Positions 60,311-64,000 of a stretch of DNA of 64,000 nucleotides are shown in pieces. How positions within the stretch are numbered: the first letter of the stretch is position 1; every line of letters begins with the position of its first letter. A program made the position numbers and the translations under genes. The stretch spans positions 31,168,001 through 31,232,000 of the forward strand of contig CP068257.2 in the NCBI GenBank assembly GCA_009914755.4. Direction: 5' to 3'. Origin of the DNA: the human T2T-CHM13v2.0 reference genome, Homo sapiens. The notes under the pieces are model-generated. The model was not told the DNA's origin. It was given only the letters and a program-made list of their open reading frames with translations, and did no database searches.

Positions 60311-60785
60311 GAGGATATGCCGACAATTGAAGGGTGAGGATGGGTGGATAAGAATTTTATTGAGTGATGGAACAGCTCTCAGTGGAGAGGGAACATCGGG
60401 GGTGGTCCCCCACCCCTGCAGTGGGGTGGATTCCCTCTCCCAGTGTGGCTGAGTCTGGGACTTTTATGGGCTCAGAATAGGGGAGTGTGTGCTGATTGGC
60501 TTGTGAGTATGCAAAGAAAGGCTAAAGCAAAAGCACCACTCAAAGGTGGGCACAGCAGTGTAGAAAGACAATTAGGAAAGGATAGATATGTAAAATAGAT
60601 GAAGGGTGGGGATCAGTCAGAGGAAAGTGTGCCAAACAGGAAGACAGGTTCTCAATCCAGTCTGTGGATTTGACTTGTAGCTTGGCTTTCAGGCTTTAAA
60701 CTGTCTTCAGCTTGGAGGTGGGGTTTAACCAGGGACCTGCCCCTATCTGCATAGGCATTTGGCTGCCTCTTGCCACTATCACTTG
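60311..60785 (+). repeat. about 480-bp dispersed repeat, copy B (candidate LTR), direct orientation relative to copy A, 6.5 kb downstream
   Basis: gaggatatgccgacaattgaagggtgaggatgggtggataagaattttattgagtgatggaacagctctcagtggagagggaacatcgggggtggtcccccacccctgcag...agcttggctttcaggctttaaactgtcttcagcttggaggtggggtttaaccagggacctgcccctatctgc. Confidence 0.5.
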
Positions 60786-61493
60786 TATTAATTCAGCCTC
60801 TTGTAGCCTGCAGCTCTCATGCCTTGGAACTAGGGTTTGTCCTGTAGGTTCTCATCAAAGCAATTTACAAAATAGTTCTTCTGATTTCTCCCTTTCTTTT
60901 TTCTTACCTAAGTAACTCAAGACATTTTAGGGACCAATTTCCTAATGCTTATAAAAGTCTCTTGAATTATTTGAATAAAGTGGTGATATAAGAGAAGCAT
61001 GTCAATCCTTGCATTTCATGTGTCAAAAGGCTTAGCTGGCCTGTGGATCATCTTCCCATACTTTCTTTGATTTTGATGCCTTTCTTTGTCACTGTATCTG
61101 AAAAGACCAAATCCAGGGACATGCCTCTCACCTCTAGTCATAGTGGAGGTTCACTCTATATTATTTTTAGTTTTGTTGAAATTATTAAACTGACACTGTC
61201 AAATTCCACAAAACTTGTAAAAATCAAAAAGAAAACACATCACAAATAATTTCTCTGAGTTATGACATCATCTTCACAACCATCATTGACAAGGCTCCAC
61301 AAGGGTTGGCCCCATTGATGAATGTGCCTCCCCTTTATGGCTGGGATGTGGTGTTTTTACTTAAACCAAGAAATAAAGGGATTTATGAACTTTCAGAACA
61401 TTGGCTTCTCAAAAGTATACAATGCTTTTTCTTTATAAATAAGATTGTTTTGCTTTTCAAAATTAAGTATTTTTACTTGTACAGTAAATATGA

Positions 61494-61949
<456 letters not shown>

Positions 61950-64000
61950 TAAAATGTATTTCTGAATGATGGAGATAATTTTCCCATATGATGGTATAGG
62001 AGGCTGATAAGCACAGCCCAGATCTGTGGCTGTGGCTTGGTCTTCTGCATGGTCCAGATCTCCCTTTCCTGCCTTTTCTTCCATGCTCCGGTGATCCATC
62101 CTAGTTGGAGTTCAACCCTTGGGTTTCCCTGGAGCTTTGCTTCTTTGATGCACATGCATGAATTCTTACATTTGCGTATTTTGACATTCTTCATTTCCAA
62201 CAGCTGTGGGCTAAACACTTACAGGCAGGGAGTGGTTTTGTTTTGCAAGCTGCTAGGATATTTGCCAAGAGTTTCATGTTTTCTTATCCTGTATGCAAAG
62301 CCTGTAGAAATGCTTTTAGTTTGTCTTTTGTCTTACTTCTAAGTCTTGCCCTCTGTTTCAGGAGCTGTGGCTGGCGAATCTGGATGTTATGCTGGGACAT
62401 TATTTTTTCACGGGGTTTAATTTCTCTGTCTCTTTAAAAGTTGAATGGACACTGCTTCCATTTCCCTTTGTGATCAATAGAGTGGGCTCATATTTGTAAT
62501 TTCTACACTCATCAAATTATGTCAGTAGGACATAATTTCTTGATGGCCACTTAATCCTGTAAGTGATTTGCTCAACACCTTTGATTTTAATTAAGTGGTT
62601 CCTGAGAATTGTTAAAACAGCAAGCTGTGAATGGAAAATAGATTCAGGAATTTAAATCACACTGAATCCCTGGACATGAGCTCTATGAGGGTAGAGAATT
62701 TTGTCTGTTTTGTACACTGCTGTCTCAACAATAGCTGGCACTTACTAGGCATTGAGTAAATATTTACGGAATAAATGAACGAGAGAATCTAATAAGAAAG
62801 AATGACAACAGCTGATATACTTGGATGCAGAAAAAAAGAATGGAATAACTTTGAATAGTTTAATGTCAAAGTGGATCCCTTTTCTCACTTCTGTGAGTTT
62901 GCTAAGTGTCTTAAATTATCTGAATTACAGTTTCCTTATCCATAAAATAAACACTTGGTAAACCCTAAAGTCTCTTCAAGCCCTAAACTTTTGTGGTGTG
63001 TGATATACAGGTAAGGGATGGTCTAATCTGTGCACCTGCTACAAGGCAGAACCACTATGGAAAAGACAGTTCCAAGTGGAAACTTCCCCAAAACATTTAA
63101 GGAATGGAGGCACTGAAGACTAAATGCATAATCTCAAGGAAGCACTACTGAAGGATCCTATTAGTTTAGACACATAGCTTTCCTTCTCCCTCCCTTTGTT
63201 GCTCCTTCTCTTCCTTCCTCCCTTCCTTCCTTTCACCAGTCTCATTACCACATCAGATGATTAATTGATGGGTCCTATGAATGAAATGAATTTGAAAGCT
63301 AGTCAAACAAAAAAGACATGAGACATTTACTAGTTAAAGCACGTGCTTTCTAATCTGGGGAAACTTGAATATATGGCCTCAGTGGTGTAGCTAGAATTTT
63401 GTTAGTCAATATCATCTTAGTTATAATTACCAAAGTAATGCTCTACAAAATAAATTTTAAGACATTTTGCTGATTATAATCACATTTCCTGAGTAGTTAG
63501 ACATGTTCTGGAATGAATTTATTTTGTCTATTTCAAAATGGCTTAAAGTGCTAGAATTTCTGTTGCTTCCCCAGATTACTCTATACTTTCGTGATTCTCA
63601 CCTTTAACGGTTTTCTGGTTGCTTGGGTATTTTTAAGTCATTATATTTTTCTCACTAGTTGTCTCTTAATTTACTTAAAGGAAGGTATTTGAGCCGTAAC
63701 TCTCTTGACCCCATGCCGATTTCTTGACAGCCTCTTAATCCTGTAAGTGAACAATCCACCAAATTGCCTAGTGGATTTTCTAAAAGTTATATTCCCAATT
63801 CTAGCATAATAGCTTGGTTAGTGTTATTGCACTGAAAGATAGAGGAGATTGTGAAGGCTCATGCACATAATATAAACAGATACATCTTTGAGAAGAGGAA
63901 GAGAATGAGGGAGGAGAGAGCTCCGTGGCTCTCCATCAAACAAGGGTAAAAGTATCTTGTTGGCCCAGAACATATTTTACCTTAAAATTTAAGGATAATT

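Overview
This window is primate (almost certainly human) nuclear DNA, non-coding and dense in interspersed repeats. It contains about 33 Alu elements or fragments of mixed age, many with recognisable target-site duplications. It also contains two L1 3' ends (a young L1PA-like copy and an older L1M-like copy) and an ancient L1 ORF2 fragment. There are four THE1/MST-type MaLR LTR copies, three copies of a second MaLR-like LTR family, several MIR fragments, two DNA transposons and numerous microsatellites. The two DNA transposons are a MER30-like hAT element with an 8-bp TSD and a Tigger2/MER2-like element carrying nested Alu and L1 insertions. I found no convincing protein-coding exon, tRNA, rRNA or CpG island. 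The only gene-derived sequence is a 5'-truncated RPL10 processed pseudogene on the minus strand. It is inactivated by frameshifts and a nonsense codon, and it inserted into a MaLR LTR with a 12-bp TSD. Nearly all ORFs in the six-frame track are translations of Alu, L1 or low-complexity GC-rich sequence. The prompt raises the possibility of a novel biological system, but I see no evidence for one. The items I would look at again are: (1) a 300-bp inverted repeat (palindrome) with a 532-bp spacer; (2) a pair of about 480-bp direct repeats 6.5 kb apart, plus a diverged third copy, which is a candidate degenerate provirus; (3) the chimeric RPL10 retrocopy, which carries 186 bp of unexplained 5' sequence; (4) a 5-kb repeat-free block with a CpG-enriched core rich in TAAT palindromes and a G-quadruplex motif; (5) a perfect 33-nt palindrome; and (6) a compound (GT)n-(TTTC)n microsatellite. 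All repeat family names are from memory without RepeatMasker, so they are provisional. Coordinates are approximate to within about 5 bp.
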